Source: Azolla caroliniana (taxonomy: Eukaryota > Plantae > Polypodiophyta). From it: DNA of 64,000 nt. Position numbers and translations under genes: made by a program. The notes below the pieces were generated by a model. That model did no database searches and had not been told where the DNA came from. It was given only the letters and a program-made list of their open reading frames with translations. This document shows, in pieces, positions 12,191-25,086 of this stretch. The DNA is taken from the NCBI GenBank assembly GCA_043228905.1, contig JBHGNT010000002.1, positions 8,370,001 to 8,434,000 of the forward strand, read 5' to 3'. Each line of letters begins with the position of its first letter. Position 1 is the stretch's first letter.

Positions 12191-13282
12191 TATGATGGAA
12201 ACAAACAAGGCATCGAGAGAAAATGAAAGAAAACATCTTTCACAACCTAAAAGAAAAATATAAAAATTAACCATAGCTAGGTCATGGGAAAACATGAATT
12301 ATGCAAAACTAACTTGATGCAAGTCAAGCAAGTCCACACTGCACAGTTCCCTATTTTTCTCTATCAATCGAAATCGCTAACAATGATAAAAAAAGGATGA
12401 GAGGTTGGTGATTGGACAAGTGATTTATGTGGACAATATAAAAAGAGAAACAAAAAAGTGCATAGTTAGCAACAAAACAAGAAATTCTCTAAAAAGAGTA
12501 CGTTTCATACAAAACATTTATGGATTACTACTATATTCAAAAAGGCATAAAATATTAGTTGTATTTTAGTTCTATCGTATTGTATTCTCTTAACTATGAT
12601 ATATCAACATCTAAGACGATTCCTTGTGAAAATGAGAAGATGAAGATAATTAGAAAGCATTGATCTATTAGATGTATCATTACCGAACCATTCAATTTAT
12701 TTCATTTTTAATCTTAATAAGACATAGAAACACACACTACTACATATATGGGGAGTTATCAACACCCAATTTTTATAAGAAAAGCATTGTTAACTATGTT
12801 GCAAGCCACATTTTGTCATGATATGACAAGACTCAAACCCATGACCTTATGTTACATGGGTTAAACTCTTGACCATTACACTATCTATTATAATACATAG
12901 GATATTATTTTTATTTAAGTTTTACTATAGAAAATTAATGTATATTCTAGATTTCTCTAGAACATTCTAGAAGCTTCAGGACTACTCCTGAGAACACTAT
13001 AAAAGGAGGCACAAGGCATTATTTCGAACCAAATCGGTTCAATGCTAGTCTTAAGCCTCCTAGCCTTCCTTGTATATTCTTTTCACATAATATATCATTG
13101 TCATCATCATTTCCTCTTCCTCAATCTCTCTCTCTCTCACACACACACACACACTCTCTCTCTCTCTATCTCTCTCTCTCTCTCTCCTTCTCTCGAGTGA
13201 TCTACACCCTCTATTCCTCTTAGTACTAATATTCCTCTCTTAGTACTAATTTCTTCTTTGTCCCAGTACTATTCTTGACAGT

Positions 13283-13294
13283 TTGAACTGATTT
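13283..13294 (+). promoter_or_regulatory. Self-priming (tRNA-independent) primer-binding site
   Basis: TTGAACTGATTT is complementary (one G:U pair) to AAATCGGTTCAA at 13031-13042, which starts 33 bp after the start of TATAAAA (12998-13004). There is no TGG tRNA PBS. Confidence 0.7.
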
Positions 13295-13307
13295 TTCCTC
13301 CTTCCGT

Positions 13308-14393
13308 TGTCGTGAAGATTTTCAGCGATAGTGTGAAACTTGTAAGGAACATACGAAATCGAGCATGGTTCTTCTCATGAAATATAAAACAATAATAGAA
13401 AAGATACTATTCTAAATAAGTTTAATATCTTGGAACAAAAAGATGGAGGTCTTGAAGAGCTTCTAAATGTACTTTACTACGCAGGGAACAGACATCTAAG
13501 TGTCAAGTTATGTGGGTATGAAGTTTGCAAAGAAGAAGAGAAAAATATGTGATATCCCACATAGACAAGACAAATAAGGAACCCAACATATATAAGGTAG
13601 AGCAAAAGCTATTATCTTTGTGTCTATGTGTGGAGCATAGAAAGGTTATGTTGTATGACTTAACGAATGGATGTAACCAAATGCATATAACTATATGTTT
13701 TGGACGAATCCGGTGGCGGCGACCGGCGGGATCTGGTATCTAACATCACCGGGCGACTGCGGCCGACGAGATGACGACCGAATGGAGAAATGCCTTGTAA
13801 AAATACATTAATAACAAAAAACATATATATGTATATATATATATATGTGTGTATATTCAAAAGGAGTGCAAGTGAAGACTTGATCCTTGCACCTCCACAT
13901 TGAAAGTCTATAGACTTACCAATAGGCTACACCATTTCTTTAGAAATGTTTCCCTATAGTTTTATATGTAAATTTCCATATTAGAGCTTAATTGTGTGAG
14001 ATGTGATGCATGAGCGCTAAATGGCAAACATGCATCACATGCATTCCATGCATTGTATGCATGTCTTGTACCCTCACATGCATCATATGCATGGGTGCGT
14101 CTATAAAAGGATGGATGAAAAGGATCAAAGGTATGTTATGTTTTGATTCAAGAATTTAAGAAGAAAAAAAATTCGTTCTCCAATTGATGATATATCTTGT
14201 CTCTCGAATCTAAAGTTAAAAGTTCGATCTTATCTCTCTTACTCTCTATCTCTCTCTCGCCATCTCAATCTCCCTCCCTCAAACTATCTTAAATCCTTTC
14301 TCGCTAAAGCTAGTGGGGGCTTCGAGTCCTTCCGGTCCAAAACCCCAGCGGTTCCGCCTCACGATCCGCACATAGAGACGGATATTCACGACA
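13308..14393. mobile_element. Solo LTR (Phygy-like) inserted in the chromovirus leader
   Basis: Terminal inverted repeat TGTCGTGAA...TTCACGACA. A 4-bp TSD CCGT lies at 13304-13307 and 14394-14397. Confidence 0.8.
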
Positions 14394-15619
14394 CCGTCTC
14401 CTCCTTTCCTCCTCTTACTTTTTTCTTCTTACATATCCCCTTTTTCCCGGTCTTCTTTCCGGTTTCCCTCATCTTCTTACCCCTTTTTTCCCTTCATACT
14501 AATCCTCTTATCCTCCCTAGTAAAATGGAAACTATTAGTGCTCAAGAATACCAATCTGTTTTCTCGGAGCTCCAGTGCTTAAAAGAGAAATTTGTAGCAC
14601 TAGAACAAGAAAATCACCGTTTGTTGGGGGATCTTCAACAAATAGTGTTGGAAAAACAACAATAACATGAGGAGCTGACATTACATGTACACCAACTTGA
14701 AGCGACTATTGTATCACCACAACAACAAGGATCAAGCTCTCAAGGGATTCACAAAGAATGCAAGATTGGTCTTCCTACAAAATTTGATGGGACCCGATCA
14801 TAGTTTAGAGGTTTTCTGAATCAGGTATGTTTAATGATTCAAATGCATCCTTCTCGATATCCCACCGATGCATCACGAGTGGGACTCGTAGGCACTCTAC
14901 TTAGTGGCTCAACATTGGCATGGTTCACTTCGTTGTTAGAAAAGGAATCTCCATTACTAAACAATTTTGAAGAATTTATAAGTGAGTTTAATACTGACAG
15001 CATAAGGACAACAATCAACAAAATCCGACGATTACGCCAAGGTGATCGTCCAGCCTCCGCATACGCTATAGATTTCCGCCTACTCGCCGCCGATATCCCT
15101 TGGGATGACCAAGCATTGATGGAGCAATTTCGTTATGGTTTACGCAACGATGTCAAGGATTTACTCTTGACCTTCCCCGAAGAACCAAAGTCATTAACAA
15201 AAGCCATCAGTTGCACGGTCAGATGCGACAACCGCCTTTTCGAACGACGTTCGGAACGACAATTCCAGATGTCGAGGGCAAGATCAGAGCCCACTTACAC
15301 CTTAGTGGTAGCGAAACCTTTTCCGAGGGAGTCATATAATGTGTCTCCAGTGAATACTCCGACTTTGATGGAGATTGACATTACACGTCGTCGTGGACCA
15401 TTATCAGAAGAAGAAAAGTAGCGACGTCGAGCAAATCGACTATGTCTTTATTACAGTAAATTGTCCCCATAGGCCAAGAAGACAGGTAAACCAAATAGTT
15501 GCTAGTTCTAATTGTACTAAACCCGAGTCTATTTCAGTAGGAATATCTGATAGTCCTAATAGTACTAATAGCCCAAATCTAGCGAACAAATTTGATGTCC
15601 TTAGTCAGTTAGAAGAAGA

Positions 15620-15672
15620 GTTAAACAGCTATGTCCAACCAAAATAGGAGCCGTTTGGCTGGACAACCCTAG
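15620..15672 (+). promoter_or_regulatory. Putative programmed -1 ribosomal frameshift signal (gag-pol)
   Basis: The heptamer G TTA AAC is followed after 6 nt by a stem, GTCCAACCAAA/TTTGGCTGGAC. The -1 frame is open into the pol ORF at 15677. Confidence 0.65.
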
Positions 15673-16631
15673 ATTTGTGCAACCCATTAGTGGTTCCATT
15701 CCCTCTAAGCAAGTTAGCAATGTGTTAGTAGCCCAAGTAACAGTTAGTACTAAAAGTACCCCTCCAGTACATGTCTTAGCACTTCTAGATTCCAGAGCTA
15801 ATTCTTGCTTCATGGATAGGAATTTTGCCCAAGCTCATCAGATATCTCTTAGAAAACTCTCGTGTCCAGCCTTTGTAGTAGTCATTGATGGTCGTCCCAT
15901 TGCTTCCGGAAATATCATAGAAGAGTCAGAGCCCGTTAATATTGTCCTAGATAATCTAGCGTGTGTAGTATCATTTAATATAATTAGTATCTCACAACAT
16001 CCCATTGTTTTACAATTACCATGGTTTGAATTACATAACCCAGACATAGATTGGAGAACAAGAGAAATCCGGTATGGACAAGCTCGAGGATCTTCTCATA
16101 AGATTGCAATCATTTCTCTACATCAGTTACGGGAAGAAGGACGCAAGGAAGAAATGTTTCTCTTCGCAATATCAGTAAAACCCTCCGACACCACTAAAGA
16201 GGAGTCCACTGTTCAACTTCCAAAGAAGTATCATCATTATGCCGATGTGTTTGATAAAGAAGAAGCCAATACGCTTCCTCACCATCGACCATATGATTGC
16301 CCCATCGATCTACAACTAGGAAAAGAGCCACCATGGGGACCGATCTACAATTTGTCACCAACCGAGCTAGAAGTCCTTCGTGCCTATATAGAGGAGAATT
16401 TAGAAAATGGTTTCATTCAGCATTCAAAATCTCCAGCCGGCGCACCCATTTTCTTCGTCAAGAAAAAGGATGGATCACTTCGTCTCGTTGTAGATTACCA
16501 TGGCTTGAATAAGGTCACCATCAGAAATAGGTATGCAATTCCCCTTATCTCAAGTCTTTTAGAATAGATCAATGGTGCAAGGTTCTTCACGAAGATTGAG
16601 TTATGGGGAGCATATAACCTCGTACGGATCC

Positions 16632-16781
16632 TGTTACGGGCATGACCATATAATATCCCGTGGTGAGAATTTACCGTAGTATTCTATACACGTGGATAAG
16701 TGTGAGGGTATAGAATACTACGTGTATAGAATACTACGGTAAATTCTCACCACAGGATATTATATGGTCATGCCCATAACA
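16632..16781. mobile_element. 150-bp palindromic non-autonomous insertion with TG...CA ends
   Basis: 62-bp inverted arms with 2 mismatches; TSD GATCC/AATCC. Removing it restores the RT motif [14 protein letters not shown]. Confidence 0.9.
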
Positions 16782-19688
16782 AATCCGACCAGGAGATGAA
16801 TGGAAGACCGCGTTTCACACCAAATATGGGCACTTCGAGTATATGGTCATGCCGTTCGGCCTCACTAATGCGCCAACAGTCTTCTAGCACATGGCAAATG
16901 ATATATTTTCTGAGATCTCTTGGATGTTTGTTTGATCATCTATTTGGATGATCTACTCGTTTATTCGAAGACCCAAGAAGAGCATGATTCTCATGTACTG
17001 TTAGTACTAAAACGACTTCGAGAACATGGTCTTTATGCAAAGCTGGAAAAATGTAGTTTCGGGTGCAACTAGGTGGAATTTTTGGGCTATGTCATCTCCT
17101 CGGAAGGCATCTCCATGGATCCAGCTAAGGTCAAAATGGTGGTAGAGTGGCAAACTCCGCATTCGTTGCGAGATGTGTAATGCTTTTTAGGCTTTGCCAA
17201 TTTTTACCGCAAGTTTATACAGGATTACTCAAAGCTTGTTTTGCCTCTCACACAACTTACTAAGAAGGGACAATTGTTCGTTTGGTCTAAAGAAGCGGAC
17301 ATGGCTTTTGAGAATCTTAAGAAGACATTTACATCGACTCCTATTCTAGCTCACCTTTATCCGGAAAAACCATTCATCATGGAAGTGGACGCATCAGATT
17401 TCACATTGGGTAGCATTCTGTCACAACAAGGCGATGATGAAAAACTCCATCCTGTGGCTTTCCACTCACTCAAGTTTGACACCGTTGAAATCAACTATCA
17501 AATGCATGATAAGGAGCTATTAGCAATAGTGGACTCTTTTACGCAATGGAGGCATTTTCTAGAGGGATACTCTCATCAAGTCATCATATTTAGTGATCAC
17601 AAAAACCTTGCCTACTTTCAGAGTGCTCGTGTGTTAAATCGACGTCAAGCTTGGTGGGCCCAATTCCTCATGCGTTTCGACTTCAAAATTACATATCGTC
17701 TGGGGAAGCACCAAGGGAAGGCAGATGCATTATCACGACATTCGTATCTAACACCACGTACGGGTGAGCTAGCTTTCGATAACCAAAAGCAAGTAATCTT
17801 GGGATCGACACGATTGCAAGCAACACAGATCTTCGGCATGCCCTTGGATTCCCACATTATCGATACCATACGTGAGGACTTGAAGACAGATGCTTTCGCC
17901 CAAGCCATTCTAGCACAAATTGATCCCTCTTGAGCATCTTGTTCATAGTCGCAACAACCAAGTACGGACTATCGACAATTCGAATGTCATGATGGATTAC
18001 TATTTTTTAAGAAACTCTTGTATGTTCCTAATGGTTCTTGCCCCCTTCGAGTAGTCCATAATTGTTATGACACATATACAGTTGAGCATTTTGGTAGTAC
18101 TAAGACATTAGATTTAGTACAATGATCATTCTGGTGGACTTGTATGCGACAATTTGTCGAAGATTCTGTTTGGACTTGTGATACATGTTGTAGAGCAAAA
18201 ATGCCAGGGAATCATCCATATGGTTTATTAGAACCATTACCAATTCCAAGCAAGCCGTGTCAATCCATTGCTCTAGATTTCATCACAGATCTTCCAGTCT
18301 CCAAGGGATTCAATGCGATTTTAATAGTAGTAGATCGATATACGACGATGGCTCATTTCCTGCCATGTACTTAGGAAATCTCTAGTGAAGAAACCGCCAA
18401 AATTGTGATGCGTGAAGTATGTCGACATCATGGCCTTCCTGATAATATCATCAGCGACTGTGGACCCTAGTTTGTCTCGAAATTCTGGAAGCACCTTTTG
18501 AAAATGCTTAAGGTCACTTGTAACCTCTCCTCCGACTACCAGCTGCAAACCGACGGCCAAGCAGAACGAACAAATCAAACACTGGAGCAGTATCTTTCGT
18601 GCTTTCTAAGCTATCATCAGGATGACTGGGCGGATATTCTCCACTTCGCCAAATTTGCCTATAATAACTCTGTCCACTCATCGACTAAAGTTACGCTATT
18701 TTATGCTTATATGGGTTGTCACCCCTTGTGGTGTGTATTTGAAACCCAGAGTTACCTACAAATCCTTGTGCAGAGGATCGTTTGGAGCGGTTACGTAAGA
18801 TACAAGCAGATTTATCTACTCATCTACAACAAGCTCAACAAACACACAAGGTTTATGTAGATCGTCATCGGCTTCCATCCAGTTTGAACATTGGAGATCG
18901 GGTATGGCTACTATAATGACACATCAAGACTACTCTTCCATGCGAGAAGTTGGATTATCGGTGATTAGGTCCTTTCCATATTATCGGAAAGATTAATGAT
19001 GACACTTTTCATCTCGATCTACTCCCACAACTTTGCATACATCCGGTGTTTCATAGTTCTCTCCTCGAACCCTACCAAGACAACACCATCCTAGGACGTA
19101 TTCCACGACCTCCACCCCCAATCGAACTTGAACATGGACCTGAGTATGAGGTTGCCGCCATCCTCGATTCCAAGATTGTTCGCAACAAGCTCTACTATTT
19201 AGTCGATTGGCTAGGATATAGTCCCAACGAGTGTACTTGGGAACCAATAGAGAATGTGACCAATGCTTGTGCTCTTCTTGAAAACTTTCGTCAATATCCA
19301 GATAAACCAAGTCCTCAATCCAAAACGACTCGTGACACTCGTTGTTTTAAAGGGGGGATAGTATCATGATATAGCAAGACTCGAACCCATGACCTTATGT
19401 TACATGGGTCGAGCTCTTGACCATTACTTTATCTATTATAATACGTAGGATATTATTTTTATTTAAGTTTTACTATAGAAAATTAATGTATATTCCATAT
19501 TTCTCTGGAACATTCTAGAAGCTTCAGGACTACTCCTGTGAACACTATAAAAGGAGGCACAAGGCATTATTTCAAACCAAATCGTTTCAACGCCAGTCTT
19601 AAGCCTCCTAGCCTTTCTTGTATATTCTTCTCACATAATATATCACTGTCATCATCATTTTCTCTCCCTTGATCTCTCACTCACTCAC

Positions 19689-19736
<48 letters not shown>

Positions 19737-20092
19737 CTCATCTTTTTAGTTCTATATCTTGTTGGAAAGCTCTTTCAGAGAGCTTTCTAAAGAATGTTCA
19801 TTTACTAAATTACGTTACCGTGGCGAGAAGTTATGAGCATTTTCATCCGCAACCATCTTTGCCCCACGGTTCCTCAAACGCAAGGTAGATTTTGAAGCCC
19901 TAAATCGAGTGAAAGGTACATTATCTCTCCTTCCCTCTCTATCTCCCTCTTCCCGTAGGGTTTGTCCCTACAATGGCAAATACTCGTAAAGCCACCGCAA
20001 AGTTTGGGGGTATGATTGATAATGAGCTAAGATCACCAACAAATCTCGATTCCAATGCAATGGACAAAATGCTTATTGGAATCAAGATCTAA

Positions 20093-21125
20093 AGGTCAAC
20101 CTTTTGCCAATCTAGAAGATGATATTGCTTATTTCAAATCCAAAGGGGAAGTTATTGTCTTTGGTGACATGAATGCTTGTACAAGAAATTTCCAACTTGA
20201 TTCACAAGAAACCATAAACATGCATGTGCTTTATCTTGCGTTTGGATAAATTGTTGAGTAACTTCCCATATTCTCCTCTTTCTTTGAATAAGCCTTTTAT
20301 ACTCATGAAAATGATTTTGGTAATTCTGTTTATCCTCAACTACATCCAAAACCATAAGGCACTTTCGAGCTTCACGACATTCTTTATCAAACCATTTTTT
20401 CCTAAGTTTCTTGGTGCATTTCCAAGATGTGCGATTGGTCGAAAAACATTTGTTTGTACAAGAGAGAAAGATTTTCTTGAAAGCTTCCCATTTGCATTCT
20501 AGTGTGGCACCATGTTGTATCTTTGTCATTTGCAACATATCCTCAACCATCTTGGAATACATGAGTGCTCACTTAAGGTTCATGTTCAAGTGCGGTTGTT
20601 TATTATCTTCAATAGCCTTCTCACAATCAAACCTATATGCACACATTTGAGATCAATACATAAAGGCCTATGATCGGATTCCGGTGTCCATTCACCAAGT
20701 GAGAATTTATGTATACGATCCAAAATACCTTCGTAAAATAGCACATAGTCAATCACACTATTTCCATTGTGTTTTCTACATGTAAAACCATTAGTGTTGG
20801 GCTATAAGGAAATACCATTTGCAATAAGCAATCCGGTACTATTGCACATTTGTAGGAGTAACTTCCCAAATTGGTCCAGATCTTTTTCATCACTAGAAGA
20901 GCGGCTATACATTTGCATATCCTCTTGCATCCTTGAGATATGTGGCATGAAAGATTCTTGTGAATCAAGTTGGAAACTTCTTGTACGAGCATTCATGTCA
21001 TCAAAGACAATAACTTCCCCTTTGGATTTGAAATAAGCAATATCATCTTCTAGATTGGCAAAAGGTTGATCTTTATCCAAAAAAGCATAAAAGTTAGAAT
21101 CTTGACGGTGGGTTGGATTCCACAT
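20093..21125 (-). mobile_element. Degenerate RTEX-like LINE fragment (endonuclease region) with an inverted ~115-bp duplicate at 20095-20210
   Basis: GEVIVFDDMNART and KKWFDKECR resemble ORF2 at 50508-52844. The segment 20095-20210 is the reverse complement of ~20953-21068. Confidence 0.8.
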
Positions 21126-22344
21126 ATCTAAACCAAACGATCATTCACAAAGTTGTGTGAGATTCCCGAATCAAATAAAAATTGCACAGGAGATCCATTG
21201 ATATACCTGTTTGCACGTAGTAAATCATTGGGTCCCAATACATAATGAGGGAACGAACATTTAAAATTACTTAAATGATGTGTATAGACCTAAAGGACAT
21301 TAGCAATCTGACCTTTATGGTCTGCAACTTTTGTTTTGCCGTCGTGCTCTTTTTGTTGGAGGTTTCGACATTGGAGTCTGTGGGGTTCCGTGGTTTTTTC
21401 CCTAATAGGGCTTTCCACGTAAACATCTTGTAGTCTCATCTATGTAAGTGTACGAACCTCCATTTCTGTTTTGTTCTTTCAGAGAGTGTTTGAGTCTTGG
21501 TTGTGGCCGAGCGCTATTCCGTACAAACTGGTATCAGAGCGAACAGGAAAATGGAAGAGTCATTCGGAAGCATGTTCAAGCTCACCGGCTCCAACTACCC
21601 AGTATGGAAGTCGAAGATGAGGGACATGCTCGTGGTCAAAGATCTCTGGCTGCCAGTACAGTTCGGGGAGAAGAAACTGGACAAGATCGATGCCACGACA
21701 TGGGAGGTCATGCACATTAAGACGACGACATACAATAGATGCTTCATCGACATGAGCTTATACAACAACTTCAACGAAGAAAGCAAGGATCATGAACTCT
21801 AGGAGAAGGTAGGCATCATGTTCTAGAACAAGAATACCGTGAATCGAGTCTCGATTTTCTGAAAGCTAGTGAGACTCAGATATCGAGACGGCTCTAGTAT
21901 GGTGGAGCACATGAATGCCTTCTAGGGGCTCATAAATCAAGCCACCTCGTTGGAAGTACCTCTGGCCGATGAGGTACTTGCATTGCTATTGCTCGGTTCT
22001 CTCCCAGATAGCTGGGAGACGCTAGTTGTCACTTTGGGTAACACCGGGCCGGAATGAAAGCAACTATCCCTAGCAAGAGTGAAGTGGAGCTTGCTAGATG
22101 AAGAGGCGCGTCAGAAAGACAAGGAAGTGATCTCCGACCAAAAAGCCTTGATTTCCGAATCTGACACACAACGAGGGAGAAACCGGTACCAAAGTCCCTA
22201 GAACCAAGAAGAGTCGGGGACAAGGTCAAAGTCAAGGGGGATGCCTACTTGCTTCTATTGTGGGAAGCCAAGACACTTCCAGAAGAACTGTTAGCACTTC
22301 CGGAAAGAGAAAGGGACCGACATCACCGATTCGAAGAAGAGTTC

Positions 22345-22891
22345 GGAACGAAATGGTTCGGACCAACGAGGTTCAGATCGGAAAGGAACGTCGATGATCT
22401 CGACAAGTGAAGAAGAATTGCTGCTCAACACCTAGGAGAATGAGTTAAACCTTGTCAGCAATGAGACAACGTGGGTTGTCAATTCTGGAGCATCTTTCCA
22501 CCTGACGCCGGATTGGAAATGTTTCGCATCCTACACTGCTAGAGATCACGGTCATGTCCATATGGGGAATGAAGGGTCATGCCGAATTATCAACATAGGA
22601 TATGTGTAGTTGACGAAATGGAACGAAATGGTTCGGACCAACGAGGTTCAGATCGGAAAGGAACGTCGATGATCTCGACAAGTGAAGAAGAATTGATGCT
22701 CAACACCTAGGAGAATGAGTTAAACCTTGTCAGCAATGAGACAACGTGGGTTGTCAATTCTGGAGCATCTTTCCACCTGACGCCAGATTGGAAATGTTTC
22801 GCATCCTACACTGCTAGAGATCACGGTCATGTCCATATGGGGAATGAAGGGTCATGCCGAATTATCAACATAGGATATGTGTAGTTGACGA
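22345..22891. repeat. 275-bp tandem duplication within the copia A protease region
   Basis: GGAACGAAATGGTTCGGACC...GTAGTTGACGA is present twice, and both copies share the same stop codons. Confidence 0.95.
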
Positions 22892-25086
22892 CATCAACCG
22901 GGTGCAAGCTGCTGAAGGATGTTTGACACATTCCGGAGGTACGGTTGAACCTGATAACAACTGGTCGGCTAGATGATGAAGGCTACATGGGTAGCATCCG
23001 GAACGGAGTCATGAAATTCAGCAAAGGAATCTTGATTGTGGGTTGAGCCTGGAAGATCAACACGTTGTACCTGATGCATGCCCGGAGATGCCGGGAAGAA
23101 GTGAACTAGCATCCGACAATGCTGGTGAGCTGTGGTACAAGAGACTGTGTCATATGAGCTAGAAGGGGATGAGAAGACTTGCCAAAGATAACCTCATTCC
23201 GGAGGTGAAAGACGTGCATCTTGAGAAGTGCATTGATCGCTTGGCTGGCAAGCAAAACTAAAACTCCTTCCGGTCAAGACCACCAATGAGACGGAATGCA
23301 TCACTGGAGTTGGTGCATACCAATGTGTGTCAAGTGGACACGAAGTCACATGCCGGATTGCACTACTTCGTGAGGTTCATAGACGACCACAGTCGGAAGA
23401 TGTGGATCCTACCGTTGAAGACGAAGGATCAGGTGTTGTCCGTCTTCAAGGAGCTACACGTGAGAATGGAAAGGGAAACCGGGCGGAAGCTAAAGGTGGT
23501 TTGAGCAAATAACAAAGGTGAATACCGGGGGCAGTTCGAGGAGTACTGCTGGTCGAAGGGAATCTGACTCGAATTCATCGTGCCGAAGATGCCGGAATTG
23601 AACGGGCTGACTAAATGGATGAACCAGACCATAATGGAGAGAGTCTGAAGCATGCTAGCACATGCAAAGTTATCCAAGACGTTTGGGCTAAGGCGCTGAT
23701 GATGGCAACGTACCTGATTAACAGATCACCCTCAACACCCTTGGAAGGAGATACACCACCGAGAGTATGGACCGATAAATATGTGTCTTACCGGCATCTG
23801 ACGGTGTTCGGGTGTCTCACATATGTGCATGTCGCAAAGGACAAGAAAGAAAAGTTGGACCCGAAGTCCCGACCATGCATATTCCTTGGATACGGCGATG
23901 ATGAGTTCGGTTACCAAGTGTGGGATCTGGTCGACAAGAAGGTGGTCCGGAGTCAGGACATAGTCTTCATGGAAGACAAGACCATTGCCGACTGGGAGTT
24001 GGAGAAGAAGAAAATGGACTTTGGATGAACCAACAAAAACCGGTTTGAGGACACAAGGACTTGGTTGAAAACCGAAAGTTAGCTAGTAACCGGATGACAA
24101 TCGATGAACTGACCAGATTTGGACAAGAAACCGAACCGACTGAAGACGACAAAGAAGAAGACACCGGAACTGGACAAGGCCCCAAATCAGATTCAGATGA
24201 GGAGGAAATGGAGGAACCAATAGTCGGAAATCAAAGACAAAGATATCCTGTAAGAGAGAGAAGAGCCCCCTGGAGATTTCCGGATGTAGAGCATGTGTTG
24301 CTAACTGATGAAGGGGAGCCGGAAAGCTTCGAAGAAGCAAAGAAAGACACCCACAACCGCAAGTGGTTGAGTGCCATGCAGGATGATATGGATTCCCTGC
24401 ATGAGAAACTATACATAGGAGTTGACGGAGCTGTCGAAAGGAAAGAGGGCACTCCGGAACAAGTGGGTGTACAAACTGAAACTGGGAGATGCCGGAAATC
24501 CACCAAGGTACAAAGCTCGGATCATGGTGAACGTGTTTCAACAAAAGAAAGGTGTGGATTTCGATGAGATCTTCGCCCCGGTTGTAAAGATGACCTCCAT
24601 CTGAACGGTATTGAGCATAGCAGCAAGCATGGATCTCGAGGTTGAGCAGCTAGATGTCAATACAATGTTCCTTCATGGTGAACTCGAGGAAGAAATCTAA
24701 ATGCGACAACCAGAAGGATTTGAGAAGAAAGGGAAGGAGCACCTGGTGTGCCGGTTGAAGAAGAGCTTAGATGGATTGAAGCAAGCTCCCCGGCATTGGT
24801 ACCAGAAATTCGACTCCTTCATGACCGACCAAGGGTACCACAAGACGCAAGCCGATCATTGTGTATTTGTGAAGAACTTCGATGGAGGAGACTTCCAAAT
24901 ACTCCTTCTGTACGTGGACGACATGCTGATCGTCGGACGCGACCAAATCAAGATCCGAATGCTGAAGAAGGCCCTGAACCAGACCTTCTCAATGAAAGAT
25001 TTGGATCCGACAAGACAGATTTTGGGGATGCACATCATCCGGAACTGGTTGAAGAAGCTGTTGTGGCTGTCATAGGAGAAGTATGT

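Larger units (their letters stand above)
12814..19735 (+). mobile_element. Ty3/gypsy chromovirus (Tcn1-like), degenerate; 5' LTR 12814-13280, 3' LTR from 19362 truncated at (CT)n
   Basis: 5' LTR reads TGTCA...TGACA. Gag starts at ~14525. Pol has a protease (LLDS), RT ([13 protein letters not shown]), RNase H, integrase and chromodomain (EYEVAAILD...YLVDWLGY...TWEP). The PPT AAAGGGGGGATAG is at 19349-19361. There are many stops and frameshifts. Confidence 0.95.
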
